The position numbers and the translations under genes were made by a program. The notes beneath the pieces are model-generated. The model had not been told where the DNA came from. It made no database searches and saw only the letters and a list, made by a program, of their open reading frames with translations. From the NCBI GenBank assembly GCA_963755125.1, contig CAVWIP010000008.1, positions 160,001 to 224,000 on the forward strand: 64,000 bases of DNA. Reading direction: 5' to 3'. This DNA is from an uncultured delta proteobacterium (GTDB lineage Bacteria; Myxococcota_A; Polyangia; Fen-1088). This document shows, piece after piece, positions 21,265-30,432 of this stretch; positions within the stretch are counted from its first letter, which is position 1, and the number at the start of each line of letters is the position of its first letter.

Positions 21265-23370
21265 ATGCAAAATCGTTGGTCCGAGTCAGACGCTGCAGCC
21301 ATCGCTCAAGGCGCCGCTTGCGAAAGCAACCTTGCTGTCCTTGCCTATGCCACGCGGTTGCTCGGGTCCGACCCCGATCTGGCTTTGCACGGTGGCGGCA
21401 ATACCTCTTGCAAGTGCACGCTCGCGAACGTGCTGGGAGAGACGCAGTCCGCGCTCTTCATCAAGGCCTCCGGGATCAATCTTTCTGTGGCCCAGCCCAG
21501 CGATTTCGTCGCGCTGGACCTCGCGTATCTGCCCCGGCTGCTCGGCCTGTCCGCCTTGTCGGACGAAGCTATGGCCGGCGAATTTGCCTGCCATTGTTTG
21601 CGCGCCTCTTCTCGTCTTGCCTCGGTGGAAACCCTGGTTCACGCCGTGCTTCCCCACAGCTTCGTGATGCACACGCATCCCAGCGCCATCCTCGCGCTGA
21701 CCAATCGGACCGACGGCGCCCGGGCCGTCGCGGCGGCACTCGGGCAGGAAATCGCCATGGTTTCCTATGCGATGGCCGGTCTGGATCTCGGCCGTGCCGT
21801 GCGCGACACCATGGCCCGCCATCCGCAGGCCCACGCCCTCGTACTCATGCACCACGGGCTGGTGACCTGGGGAGCGACAGCCCGCGCGGCGTACGACGCG
21901 ACCATTGAACTGGTCAACTGCGCAGAAACCTATCTGGACGAGCACCGCACGCGCAGCCTGGGCACGCCTACGTCCGCCGAGGATCGCGAGCAGAAATATC
22001 TCAGACTCGCCCCAGTCATTCGCGGGGTGCTGGGTCCGGCCACGCCGGACGCGCTCGGCGACCGGGTCATCCTCGATCCCTTGCTCGATCCCAAAGTCGC
22101 GCAATGGATCGAAGCACCCGAGGGCAAGAACCTGGCTCTGTCAGCGCCGCTCACCACCGATTATCTGATCCGCTCCCGAAGGGTGCCGCTCTGGCTGGAC
22201 CGTGCCGCGCTCGACGACGTGAAGAAGTTCAGAGACGAACTGGCACAATCAGTCGCCGCCTACCAAGCCGAGTACCGGGCGTACGTACAAAAGCACGCGG
22301 GCGACGTCCGGGTCGCCAGCCAGCCGCGCAATTTTCTGCCTCGGGTGCTCATGATTCCGGGACTGGGCGTCGTGTGCGTCGGGGCGAACGCGACCGACGC
22401 GGCCATGGTTCGCGACATCACCCGGCAGGGGCTGGCCGTGAAGGCGACCATCCACCAGAGCGGCGCCGAGTATCTGTCGCTCGACGACCACCACCTGTTC
22501 GACATGGAATTCCGCGCGTACCAGCAGGCCAAGCTGGGTGGGCCTGGTCCTGACGACGCGGCCCACAGCTTGCGCGGCAGTGTTGCGCTGGTCACCGGCG
22601 CTGCCGGGGCCATTGGCTCCGGCATCTGCGCGGCCCTGCTTGCCACCGGTTGCCATGTAGCCGCGACCGATCTTCCTGGGCCCGCTCTCGACGGGCTCGT
22701 CGCTGACCTCGGGCAGCGCTACCCGTCGCAAATTGCGGCCGTGGCCATGGACGTGACCGACCCAGTATCGGTGACCGGCCGTTTTGCCCAGGTCATCCGC
22801 ACCTGGGGCGGCCTCGACTGCGTGATCGTCAACGCCGGGATCGCGCACGTGGCGCCCCTCGTCGAACTCGGTCTCGATGCCTTTCGCAAGCTCGAAAGCG
22901 TCAACGTGGAGGGCACGCTGCTGGTGCTGGCCGAGGCGGGCCGTCACTTCGCCTTGCAGGGCACAGGCGGCGACGTGATTCTGGTGTCAACCAAGAACGT
23001 CTTTGCCCCGGGCGCGGGCTTCGGCGCCTACAGCGCCACCAAGGCCGCTGCCCACCAACTGGCGCGCATTGCCAGCCTCGAATTCGCTCCGCTGGGCGTG
23101 CGGGTCAACATGGTCGCCCCTGATGCGGTCTTTTCCCACGGGCAGAAACGCTCTGGTTTGTGGGCCGCCGTCGGGCCCAACCGCATGAAGGCGCGCGGCC
23201 TCGACGAGCGCGGGCTGGAGGAATACTACCGCTCGCGCAATCTACTCAAAGCTGCCGTGACCGCCGAACACGTGGCGAGCGCCGTGCTGTTCTTCATCAC
23301 GCGCCAGACCCCCACGACCGGGGCGACCATTCCCGTCGACGGCGGCCTGCCCGACGCGACGCCGAGGTAG
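21265..23370 (+). CDS. Bifunctional class II aldolase / short-chain dehydrogenase
   Basis: GGGNTSCK, SVETLVH, HTH, HHGL; SDR motifs TGAAGAIG, NAG, YSATK. Confidence 0.9.
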   Translation: MQNRWSESDAAAIAQGAACESNLAVLAYATRLLGSDPDLALHGGGNTSCKCTLANVLGETQSALFIKASGINLSVAQPSDFVALDLAYLPRLLGLSALSDEAMAGEFACHCLRASSRLASVETLVHAVLPHSFVMHTHPSAILALTNRTDGARAVAAALGQEIAMVSYAMAGLDLGRAVRDTMARHPQAHALVLMHHGLVTWGATARAAYDATIELVNCAETYLDEHRTRSLGTPTSAEDREQKYLRLAPVIRGVLGPATPDALGDRVILDPLLDPKVAQWIEAPEGKNLALSAPLTTDYLIRSRRVPLWLDRAALDDVKKFRDELAQSVAAYQAEYRAYVQKHAGDVRVASQPRNFLPRVLMIPGLGVVCVGANATDAAMVRDITRQGLAVKATIHQSGAEYLSLDDHHLFDMEFRAYQQAKLGGPGPDDAAHSLRGSVALVTGAAGAIGSGICAALLATGCHVAATDLPGPALDGLVADLGQRYPSQIAAVAMDVTDPVSVTGRFAQVIRTWGGLDCVIVNAGIAHVAPLVELGLDAFRKLESVNVEGTLLVLAEAGRHFALQGTGGDVILVSTKNVFAPGAGFGAYSATKAAAHQLARIASLEFAPLGVRVNMVAPDAVFSHGQKRSGLWAAVGPNRMKARGLDERGLEEYYRSRNLLKAAVTAEHVASAVLFFITRQTPTTGATIPVDGGLPDATPR

Positions 23371-23374
23371 TAGG

Positions 23375-23690
23375 ACCGTCCCCTTCAGTGTGAATCCTCG
23401 GCCGCGATAGCGGTAGTATCGCCTCGCAAGTTGCGAAAACCTCCCGCTGGCAACCTTCGACGTGAAGCTACACGCAGCGTTCCCAGAGGTTGCCGTCCGC
23501 CCGAAGGTTCCCACTCCGCAACACTGAACCTGTCCGGCTGACGTTATGCCAACGAGCGGAGGGTACTCAACCGTTCGTCCATCTTCATCGGTCCGCCTCA
23601 TGGCGCGGTATGGGCAGCGCTACGGTTCGAGCACCATTCCAGCGTGCGCATCTAACTTGTCCCGAACCCACTAGGCAACGCTCCCTTCTG
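23375..23690 (-). pseudogene. Possible decayed RCC1-repeat (beta-propeller) gene fragment
   Basis: Minus-strand frames give CLVGSGQVRC and GITSAGQVQCCG..SGRFSQLA..TLKGTV, RCC1-like, in different frames. Confidence 0.3.
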
Positions 23691-23693
23691 ACA

Positions 23694-24557
23694 CTACTCC
23701 GCGGGAGTGACCTTGGCCGAGGTTGTTCCCAGGCAATCCCGGCCAATAGCCTCGATCTTGGTCTTTGGCCACTTTGAGATTTCGCCTTCAGAGTATTTGC
23801 CGATCTGGGATGCCGTGCAGTTGCAGTAGGGGATTGCGGCATCTACGCCGAGACTCTGCCGCGCCGTCTTGAAGCAGCCACTGAAGGCTACCATTCGCCG
23901 AGTCTCGCTCGCGGTGAGTTTGGCCTTCACCCAGCTCAGGCACTGCTCGCGCGAGAAGATCGCAACTTCTTTGACCTGGCCACACTTGTATAGAAGGTGG
24001 TCTCCTTCGTCGGTTCCCGGGCACTCGTGCCCTCGTCGCGCCGCAAAGATGCCTCTCAAGTCCTCGCTCTTCCGCTCAAGAGGCAGGCAGACCTGTCCGC
24101 CACCATCAAAGGAAATGTTCCAGAAGATTGTCTTCCACGGCGGGCCGTCGGCCTTTGCACCCTGGGTGGCAAGCTCAGATGGCAGGACCGCAAACTGCCG
24201 CTCTACCTCCACGAGGCATGTCTCCATCGCCTGCTTGACCCGCTTGGACGGTGGCGACACCTCGTTGTTGATGCCGTACTTTGCAAACATGGCTCCAACC
24301 GCATAGCCACAGGCAAACGCAGCAACCTCCTTCTGCTGTGCAAGTTCACCGCTCTTCTGCATCCGCGATAGGCTTCCGCGACAGCTGTCGTATCCGCGAC
24401 GGAGAAACTCGGCCCGCTGTTCCTCGGAGACCTGTGGCAGCACCCGCTGCGCAACAACCATGCCGGTGTTGCAGGCATGGCTGTACATCTCCGCCGTCAC
24501 ATCGCGCGTTTGACCACTCTGCCCCAGGATCATAGCCAACAGGACCGGACTAATCAT
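23694..24557 (-). CDS. Hypothetical Cys-rich, probably secreted protein
   Basis: GAGGAG SD, hydrophobic N-terminus, many Cys including YCNC; atypical codon usage. Confidence 0.65.
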   Translation of the reverse strand: MISPVLLAMILGQSGQTRDVTAEMYSHACNTGMVVAQRVLPQVSEEQRAEFLRRGYDSCRGSLSRMQKSGELAQQKEVAAFACGYAVGAMFAKYGINNEVSPPSKRVKQAMETCLVEVERQFAVLPSELATQGAKADGPPWKTIFWNISFDGGGQVCLPLERKSEDLRGIFAARRGHECPGTDEGDHLLYKCGQVKEVAIFSREQCLSWVKAKLTASETRRMVAFSGCFKTARQSLGVDAAIPYCNCTASQIGKYSEGEISKWPKTKIEAIGRDCLGTTSAKVTPAE

Positions 24558-25164
24558 TGGAATCTCCTCGGAGAGTTTGTGCGCCCGTCGGCCCGGGATC
24601 GGCCGGGTTTGTGGAATTTGGGCGTTCCTCGACCGTCATGGTTGGCGAAGTGCCAAACCTCTTCGCATGGTGCTGGTGTATGCGAAGGTGAAGGAGGATG
24701 CATCCCGCGTCGAAGGCTTCGACCATTGCAGCACCTAGCCGGGGCTCGTTCACGAACATCATGGCTTCCTCGATTGCCGTTCCAAATGACGGCACCGCGA
24801 AACCACGTGCGGGGTCGAAAGAAACGACGTTCTCATCGAGAACTCGCATCTGCGGCAGCTCACTCAACGTCTGCGCCGCACTTCTGTAGGAGCCATGAAC
24901 CAACATGTTCCTAAGAAGCAGGCACCTTTGGAGATAGTCGGCCTCCTGCGGATTCCTGATTCCGCAGCTGGACCTGAGGATCGAGAGCAGCTTGCTCAAC
25001 TTGGCAAAGCCGTTGCTTGCGGCCATCCGGTGGCGGTAGTCGCTGCTGAGTTTCTTCGCCTGAGGGTGGGCGTCGATGAGGAAGAGGATTGCCCACTCGA
25101 ACTCGCAGGCCGCCGCCATCACGGGGCCAAGTCGAGGACCGAGAACCATCTTCTGCATCAGCAT
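24550..25164 (-). CDS. Hypothetical protein with HEPN-like RxxxxH motif
   Basis: Helical sequence with EFE near the N-terminus and LRNMLVHG; overlaps the next gene by 8 bp. Confidence 0.55.
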   Translation of the reverse strand: MLMQKMVLGPRLGPVMAAACEFEWAILFLIDAHPQAKKLSSDYRHRMAASNGFAKLSKLLSILRSSCGIRNPQEADYLQRCLLLRNMLVHGSYRSAAQTLSELPQMRVLDENVVSFDPARGFAVPSFGTAIEEAMMFVNEPRLGAAMVEAFDAGCILLHLRIHQHHAKRFGTSPTMTVEERPNSTNPADPGPTGAQTLRGDSND

Positions 25165-25406
25165 GAATGCACCTCACGTCTGCCGACACTCTATTAACCT
25201 GCGAAGAATAACCAATATCCCAGCAATAGTCGCACGTCCTTGCGACCGGGATCAATCCATGCGCACCTGTGATTCCGCCGTATTGGCCAACCTCGGTCTT
25301 TGAAAGGAGGCCGTTTGGCTTGTCGGATAACCAGGCCGCACTTGCTGGATAAGCAGATAAGAAGACATGGCAGCGCCGCCTGTTCTCAACGGCATAGAAG
25401 GCTCGT

Positions 25407-26102
25407 TCACGCGATCATGCGCGCAATCAGGAACGCGGCCGCGGCGGCCAGGCCACCGACCGCCAGGGTCTGCAGCCCGCCTCGCAAGAGAGGCATGGCG
25501 GTCACGCGGGCTTTGACGAAGCCGAAGCCGAACAGCGCTGCGGCGGTGAAGGCGGCCGAGATCACCAGCCCCACCCTCACCGTCGCGGTCAGCATATAGG
25601 GCAAGAGCGGAATCAGGCCGCCCACGATGTACGCGCCCGCGATGGTCAGCGCGCTCCGACGCGCGCGGCGCGGGTCAGGCTCGGCCAGGCCCAGTTCGAA
25701 GCGCATCATGAAGTCCACCCAGCGGGTCCGGTCTGCGCTGATGTGATCGAGGATCGGCTGCATGGCCTCCTCGGACAGGCCATAGCCGCGAAAAACCTCC
25801 GCGACTTCCTCGCGCTCCTGGGCCGGCTTGGTTTCGGTTTCCTCGACCTCGCGGGCGCGCTCGGTCTGGTAGTGCTCACGGTCAGCGCGTGCGGCGAGAT
25901 ACCCGCCCAGGCCCATGGCAATGGCCCCGGCCGCCAGCTCGGCCAACCCGGCCGTGATCACGATGCGGTTGGCAGCCGCCGCGCCCGACAGCCCAGCCGC
26001 CAAAGCAAAGGGCACAGTCAGTCCGTCGGACATGCCGATGACCACGTCGCGCACCGCCTCGCTGGCGGTGAAGTGCTTCTCGATATGGGGCGTGCTGGGC
26101 AT
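25407..26102 (-). CDS. VIT1/CCC1 family Fe/Mn transporter
   Basis: RDVVIGMSDGLTVPFAL, AGAIAMGLGGYL, MMRFELG, GGLIPLLPY. Confidence 0.93.
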   Translation of the reverse strand: MPSTPHIEKHFTASEAVRDVVIGMSDGLTVPFALAAGLSGAAAANRIVITAGLAELAAGAIAMGLGGYLAARADREHYQTERAREVEETETKPAQEREEVAEVFRGYGLSEEAMQPILDHISADRTRWVDFMMRFELGLAEPDPRRARRSALTIAGAYIVGGLIPLLPYMLTATVRVGLVISAAFTAAALFGFGFVKARVTAMPLLRGGLQTLAVGGLAAAAAFLIARMIA

Positions 26103-26140
26103 GATTCGCGCTAGGGTAGCGCAGATGCGGCGAAACCTGT

Positions 26141-26156
26141 GAAACATGTTAACATA
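26141..26156. promoter_or_regulatory. Palindromic operator upstream of the TA operon
   Basis: Overlapping palindromes AACATGTT and ATGTTAACAT just upstream of the antitoxin ATG. Confidence 0.5.
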
Positions 26157-26161
26157 GGGGC

Positions 26162-26425
26162 ATGACTCGGATGACGGTACGCGACGTGCGACTGCACTGG
26201 CCCCAGGCAGAAAAGGCCCTGGCCCAAGGTGAGGAAATCGTGGTCACCCGCGATGCAAAGCCGGTTGCTCGTCTTCTGCCCTTCATCCCTGCCACATCGC
26301 GCGTTCGCCGACACTTCGATCCGGAATTGCATCTGCGGCGACTCCGCCGCTTCTGGGGGAGCCAGCCTGCCCAACCGTCAACCGACGAATGGCTGTCACG
26401 AGATCGAGCAGACGGGCCAGGCTGA
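26162..26425 (+). CDS. Phd/YefM-family antitoxin
   Basis: TVRDVR...GEEIVVTRDAKPVARLLP; precedes a PIN toxin. Confidence 0.85.
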   Translation: MTRMTVRDVRLHWPQAEKALAQGEEIVVTRDAKPVARLLPFIPATSRVRRHFDPELHLRRLRRFWGSQPAQPSTDEWLSRDRADGPG

Positions 26426-26437
26426 CCCGGCGCCGCG

Positions 26438-26872
26438 ATGAGCCTGTACCTCGACGCCAGTTGTTTGCTCAAGCTGCTCTTCGCGGAGCCCGAGAGTTTG
26501 AAGACATCCCGCTTGGTGGCAGCCGAGCCTGATGTGGTGGTGTCGTCCCTGGCCCGCCTTGAAGCCCTGGTTCAGATCCAGGGCCGCGCCGCGGGGGGAA
26601 TGCTCACCGCGCGCTCGGCGGCCACGCTCGCCCGCTTGCTTGACCAGACCCTTGCGTCAGCGCCCTTCAACCTCGTGAACACGCCGGCCGGAATTGACGG
26701 TGTGGCGGCCGGCCAGCTCTTTCCCATCGGTCGTTCGGTCCACTGTCGAACCCTGGACCGCCTGCACCTGGCCGCCATGCAGGCGCTCGGCGTGCGCCGC
26801 CTGCTGACCAACGACGACGTTCAGGCCCGCGCCGCTTCTGCGCTCGGCTTCGAGGTACTGCGTCCGCGGTAG
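26438..26872 (+). CDS. vapC: PIN-domain VapC toxin
   Basis: LYLDAS, E, RTLDRLHLA, LLTND. Confidence 0.88.
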   Translation: MSLYLDASCLLKLLFAEPESLKTSRLVAAEPDVVVSSLARLEALVQIQGRAAGGMLTARSAATLARLLDQTLASAPFNLVNTPAGIDGVAAGQLFPIGRSVHCRTLDRLHLAAMQALGVRRLLTNDDVQARAASALGFEVLRPR

Positions 26873-26875
26873 CAG

Positions 26876-27625
26876 TTACGTTCGCACTCCGGCGGCGGCG
26901 CGCAGCGCTCTGATTTCGCCTTTGCTCAGATCGCGCGAGCCACCCATTTTCAGGCCCTCGAAGGACATCTCACCCAGGCGCACGCGAGAGATCTTCAACA
27001 GTTGATGCCGGATGGTCTCGCCCGCGGCCTTGAGCGCGCGTGGCCGGCTCTCGGGCACCACCATCTCGATCCAGATGTTCTTGCCCGTGGTCGCCAGGGC
27101 CTCGACCTTGATCGGGCGCACCGGAGCACCATTGAAGCGCCAGCCGCGCTGCAGACGTTCCAGTTCGGATTCTCCCATCGCGCCCTGAAACTTCAGGTGG
27201 TAGGTCATGGGCACGTGCCCCCCGCCGCGCGACATGCGTTCGGCCAGAGCGCCGTCGGTGGTCAGCAGGATCACGCCCTCGGCAAGAAAATCGAGTGGCG
27301 CCACCACCTGCCAGCCCAGCTCGCGGTCGGGCACGTAGCGGGCCAGCGTGGGACGCGCGACGTTCTCGCGCGGCGCCGATTTGTCGGGGCTGGGCCGATC
27401 CAGGGTTGCCAGGCAGCCGCGCGGCTTGAGCAGGAGTCGATACAGCGGATCCTCGACGTGGACGCGCCGGCCGTTGACCTCGACCCGGTCGCGGCGCTCG
27501 TGCACCTGCACGCCCAGGGTGGTGATCACGTTGCCGTTGACTGTGACCGCGCCCGCGGCAATCAGCTCTTCGGCGCGGCGACGGGACGCCACCCCGGCGG
27601 CAGCCAGAAGTTTCTGCAGTCTCAA
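26876..27625 (-). CDS. rluB: S4-domain pseudouridine synthase (RluB/RsuA family), divergent active site
   Basis: RLQKLLA..SRRRAEELI S4 domain, KPRG, LD..EG.ILLT.DG; scpAB-rluB context; GRLD replaced by APLD. Confidence 0.8.
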   Translation of the reverse strand: MRLQKLLAAAGVASRRRAEELIAAGAVTVNGNVITTLGVQVHERRDRVEVNGRRVHVEDPLYRLLLKPRGCLATLDRPSPDKSAPRENVARPTLARYVPDRELGWQVVAPLDFLAEGVILLTTDGALAERMSRGGGHVPMTYHLKFQGAMGESELERLQRGWRFNGAPVRPIKVEALATTGKNIWIEMVVPESRPRALKAAGETIRHQLLKISRVRLGEMSFEGLKMGGSRDLSKGEIRALRAAAGVRT

Positions 27626-27657
27626 GATGACACCCTCTTTGCCTGCGCTCGCTTCGA

Positions 27658-28806
27658 CTACGAACCGCTGGTCGGCTCTCCGGGCGGCGTGGCCGGCTCA
27701 GGCTCCGACTCAGAAGCCGCTTCCCCCTCCGCCTCACGGGCCGCGCCCAGAATCTTGGCGGTGACCTTGGTGGCGCTCTCCAGCTCATCGAGCAGTGGAT
27801 CGTTCTCCTCGGGCTCGTCGGGAAGCTCCGAGCGCGGCACGAAGCTCAGGCTGTGCCCCGACGCGCTCGAACCCGCCGCAGCGGCTGCACCTGTCGCGCT
27901 CCCCGCAGCCCGCGATGAATCGGCTCCCGACGCCGGACCGTGCTCGGCCTCCACGCGCGCCTGCTGCTCGGAAGACAACTCGGCGTATTCGCGCAAGGTG
28001 GGCAGGTCACTCAGCTCACCCAGACTGAACACGCGCAGGAACTCGGGCGTCGTTCCATAGAGCAGCGGGCGCCCGACTTCTTCCTTCTTGCCGATGATGC
28101 GAATCAGTCCGCGGTCGAGCAAGGTCTTGAGCACCGGCCCGCAGTCGACGCCGCGGATCTCGTCAATCTCGGGCCGCGTGACCGGCTGGCGGTAAGCGAC
28201 AATAGCCAGGGTTTCCATCATGGCGCGCGACAGGCGCATGGGCCGGCCGGCCAGCAGCTTGGACACCCAGCGCGCATACTCGGGGTTGGTGCGCAGGTGC
28301 CAGCCGTTTGCCACGCGTACCACTTCGATGCCTGAACCCTGGCGCCGCTCCAGCAGTGCCTCGACGGCCGCGCTGACCTTCTTGCCGTCACGCTCGCCCA
28401 GCAGGCGCTTCAGTTCGGCGAGGCCCAACACCTTGTCGGACGCAAACAACAAACTCTCGATGATCGATTCCATCTGCGAGGCATCGAGCACCACCAGCGC
28501 TTCCTCGGCTGTCTCGTCAGCAACCGGGGCAACCTCGCCGTCGGATGTCTTCCCGCCCGCCAGCGCGTCCCCGCCTTCGGCTGACTCGGCCCACACCGCC
28601 TCATCCGCGGCGCTTTCTTCCGCCTCGGTACTGCCAGTCTCGGCCGCAGCGACGCGGTCCTTGGCCCACACATCGGCTTCGACGCTCACTGCCGCTTCAC
28701 TCGCCGGCTCCGTTGCACCGGCGGCTGTCTCGACTGCGGGTTTGGGTTCGATCGGTGCTTGCGCCTCGTCGTTCTTGGCGCGTGGGGGTCGCTTACGTTT
28801 GGCCAT
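27658..28806 (-). CDS. scpB: SMC-Scp complex subunit ScpB with acidic extensions
   Basis: IESLLF, LSRAMMETLAIVAYRQPVTR.EID.IRGV, GRPLLYGTT.EFL. Confidence 0.95.
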   Translation of the reverse strand: MAKRKRPPRAKNDEAQAPIEPKPAVETAAGATEPASEAAVSVEADVWAKDRVAAAETGSTEAEESAADEAVWAESAEGGDALAGGKTSDGEVAPVADETAEEALVVLDASQMESIIESLLFASDKVLGLAELKRLLGERDGKKVSAAVEALLERRQGSGIEVVRVANGWHLRTNPEYARWVSKLLAGRPMRLSRAMMETLAIVAYRQPVTRPEIDEIRGVDCGPVLKTLLDRGLIRIIGKKEEVGRPLLYGTTPEFLRVFSLGELSDLPTLREYAELSSEQQARVEAEHGPASGADSSRAAGSATGAAAAAGSSASGHSLSFVPRSELPDEPEENDPLLDELESATKVTAKILGAAREAEGEAASESEPEPATPPGEPTSGS

Positions 28807-29686
28807 CGGGCTCTCCACCACCCTCTTTGGGCGCAGTCTCTAGCACGGAAGTCGGCTGCATGACCCGGGCCTGTTCCAATGCGGCGCCCTCGACCCTGGT
28901 GATCAAGAACGCGCCGCTGGCCAGATCTTGCAGCACGCGGATCACCTTGAGGCGCGCCAGCTCGAGGATCGCCAGCAGGGACACCACCACGTTGTGGCGC
29001 AACTGAGCCTCGCCCAGATCGTGCCCGACGATGTCGTCGAACCGGACGCTGCCCGATGCCGCTTCCAGGCTGTCGATCACGTGGTTGATGCGATCAGTGA
29101 TCGAGATGCGATCGATCACCACGTCGTGGGTGTGCTTGGGCGCTGCCTTGGACAGGACCTGCGCCCATTGCTCGATAAGCTTCCACACCGAGTGCTCGGC
29201 GAAACCGGCTTCGCCGCCGCTCTCCAGTGGGACGCCGCGGGAAAAAACCGTGCGGCCCTCGATGGGTCGATTGCCCAGCCGCTCGGCCGCATCCTTGTAC
29301 TTCTGGTATTCGAGCAGCCGGCGAATCAACTCCTCGCGCGGGTCGAGCGCCTCTTCCTGCTCGTCCGCTGCCTCCAGAGGCTCGGGCGACGGCACCAGCT
29401 CGCGCGACTTGAGATAGACCAGGTGCGCGGCCATGACCAGGTATTCGGCCGCCAATTCCACCGCCATGCCTTCCATCATGTCGAGATATTCGCAGTACTT
29501 TTCCGCGACGAAGGCGATGGGAATGTTCAGGATGTCCAGCTCGTGCGTCTGACACAGGTGCAGCAGCAGATCGAGCGGTCCCTCGAACTCGGGCAGGGTC
29601 AGACGATAGGCCGCGCCGGGCGGAGTCTCGGCGCCGTGCCTCTCGAAAGCCGGCGGCCGACTGGCCATGGGATGCTCGTCGCTCAT
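28793..29686 (-). CDS. scpA: Segregation/condensation protein A
   Basis: FEGPLDLLLHL, AAEYLVMAA.L..LKSR, LLEYQKYK, LAILEL. Confidence 0.95.
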   Translation of the reverse strand: MSDEHPMASRPPAFERHGAETPPGAAYRLTLPEFEGPLDLLLHLCQTHELDILNIPIAFVAEKYCEYLDMMEGMAVELAAEYLVMAAHLVYLKSRELVPSPEPLEAADEQEEALDPREELIRRLLEYQKYKDAAERLGNRPIEGRTVFSRGVPLESGGEAGFAEHSVWKLIEQWAQVLSKAAPKHTHDVVIDRISITDRINHVIDSLEAASGSVRFDDIVGHDLGEAQLRHNVVVSLLAILELARLKVIRVLQDLASGAFLITRVEGAALEQARVMQPTSVLETAPKEGGGEPDGQT

Positions 29687-30366
29687 CAGTTGATCGCCCA
29701 CTCAAGTCCGACTTGCCAGAGACCAATCACCATTCTCATGGGAAACATCACGATATTCAGAAGGGGCAACCCCAGCATGGGGCTCAACACCAGGAGAAAC
29801 AGGATGAATACACCGTAGCGCTGCAAGACATCGACAAATCCCTGCCAGGAGCGTGGCAGCACCCACGCCAGGACCGCGCCCCCGTCGAGCGGCGGAATGG
29901 GCAGCAGGTTGAAGCACATCAGAATCAGATTGAGTTGCACGAGATAGTTGAAGATCGCACCCTGGAACCGCGCCGAGGCTCCCGTGTGAGAGGCGACCAC
30001 GATGACCATCGACGCGATCAGCGCCATGAGCAGATTCATGGTCGGCCCGGCAATCGCCACCAGCATGCGGCCGGTGTTCACTTTGAAACGGCGCGTGTAG
30101 GCGAGCGGATTGGTCTGCACCGGGCGGCCCCAGGCCATGAGAGGCAAAGGCGCCGGGCTGACGACCGAGATGAAAGGGATCAGGAGAGTGCCCACGGGAT
30201 CGATGTGGTGCAGCGGCGAGAGGGTCAGGCGGCCCTGCATGCGCGGGGTCGGATCCCCCAGCCGGTTGGCCACCCAGGCGTGGCCGAACTCGTGCACCGA
30301 TACGCAGAGAACGAACGCGATCAAATAGAGAATCGCTTGCTGAACCTGATCAACGCCGATGTTCAA
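29686..30366 (-). CDS. Site-2 protease (M50)
   Basis: HEFGH, GDPTP..GRLTL, AGP, NLLPIPPLDG. Confidence 0.92.
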   Translation of the reverse strand: MNIGVDQVQQAILYLIAFVLCVSVHEFGHAWVANRLGDPTPRMQGRLTLSPLHHIDPVGTLLIPFISVVSPAPLPLMAWGRPVQTNPLAYTRRFKVNTGRMLVAIAGPTMNLLMALIASMVIVVASHTGASARFQGAIFNYLVQLNLILMCFNLLPIPPLDGGAVLAWVLPRSWQGFVDVLQRYGVFILFLLVLSPMLGLPLLNIVMFPMRMVIGLWQVGLEWAIN

Positions 30367-30432
30367 CGGACATCCTTGGGCAGTGGCCTACCCCGGATAT
30401 AGCCGACGCCCTCCCGCATGGTCAACGAGCGA

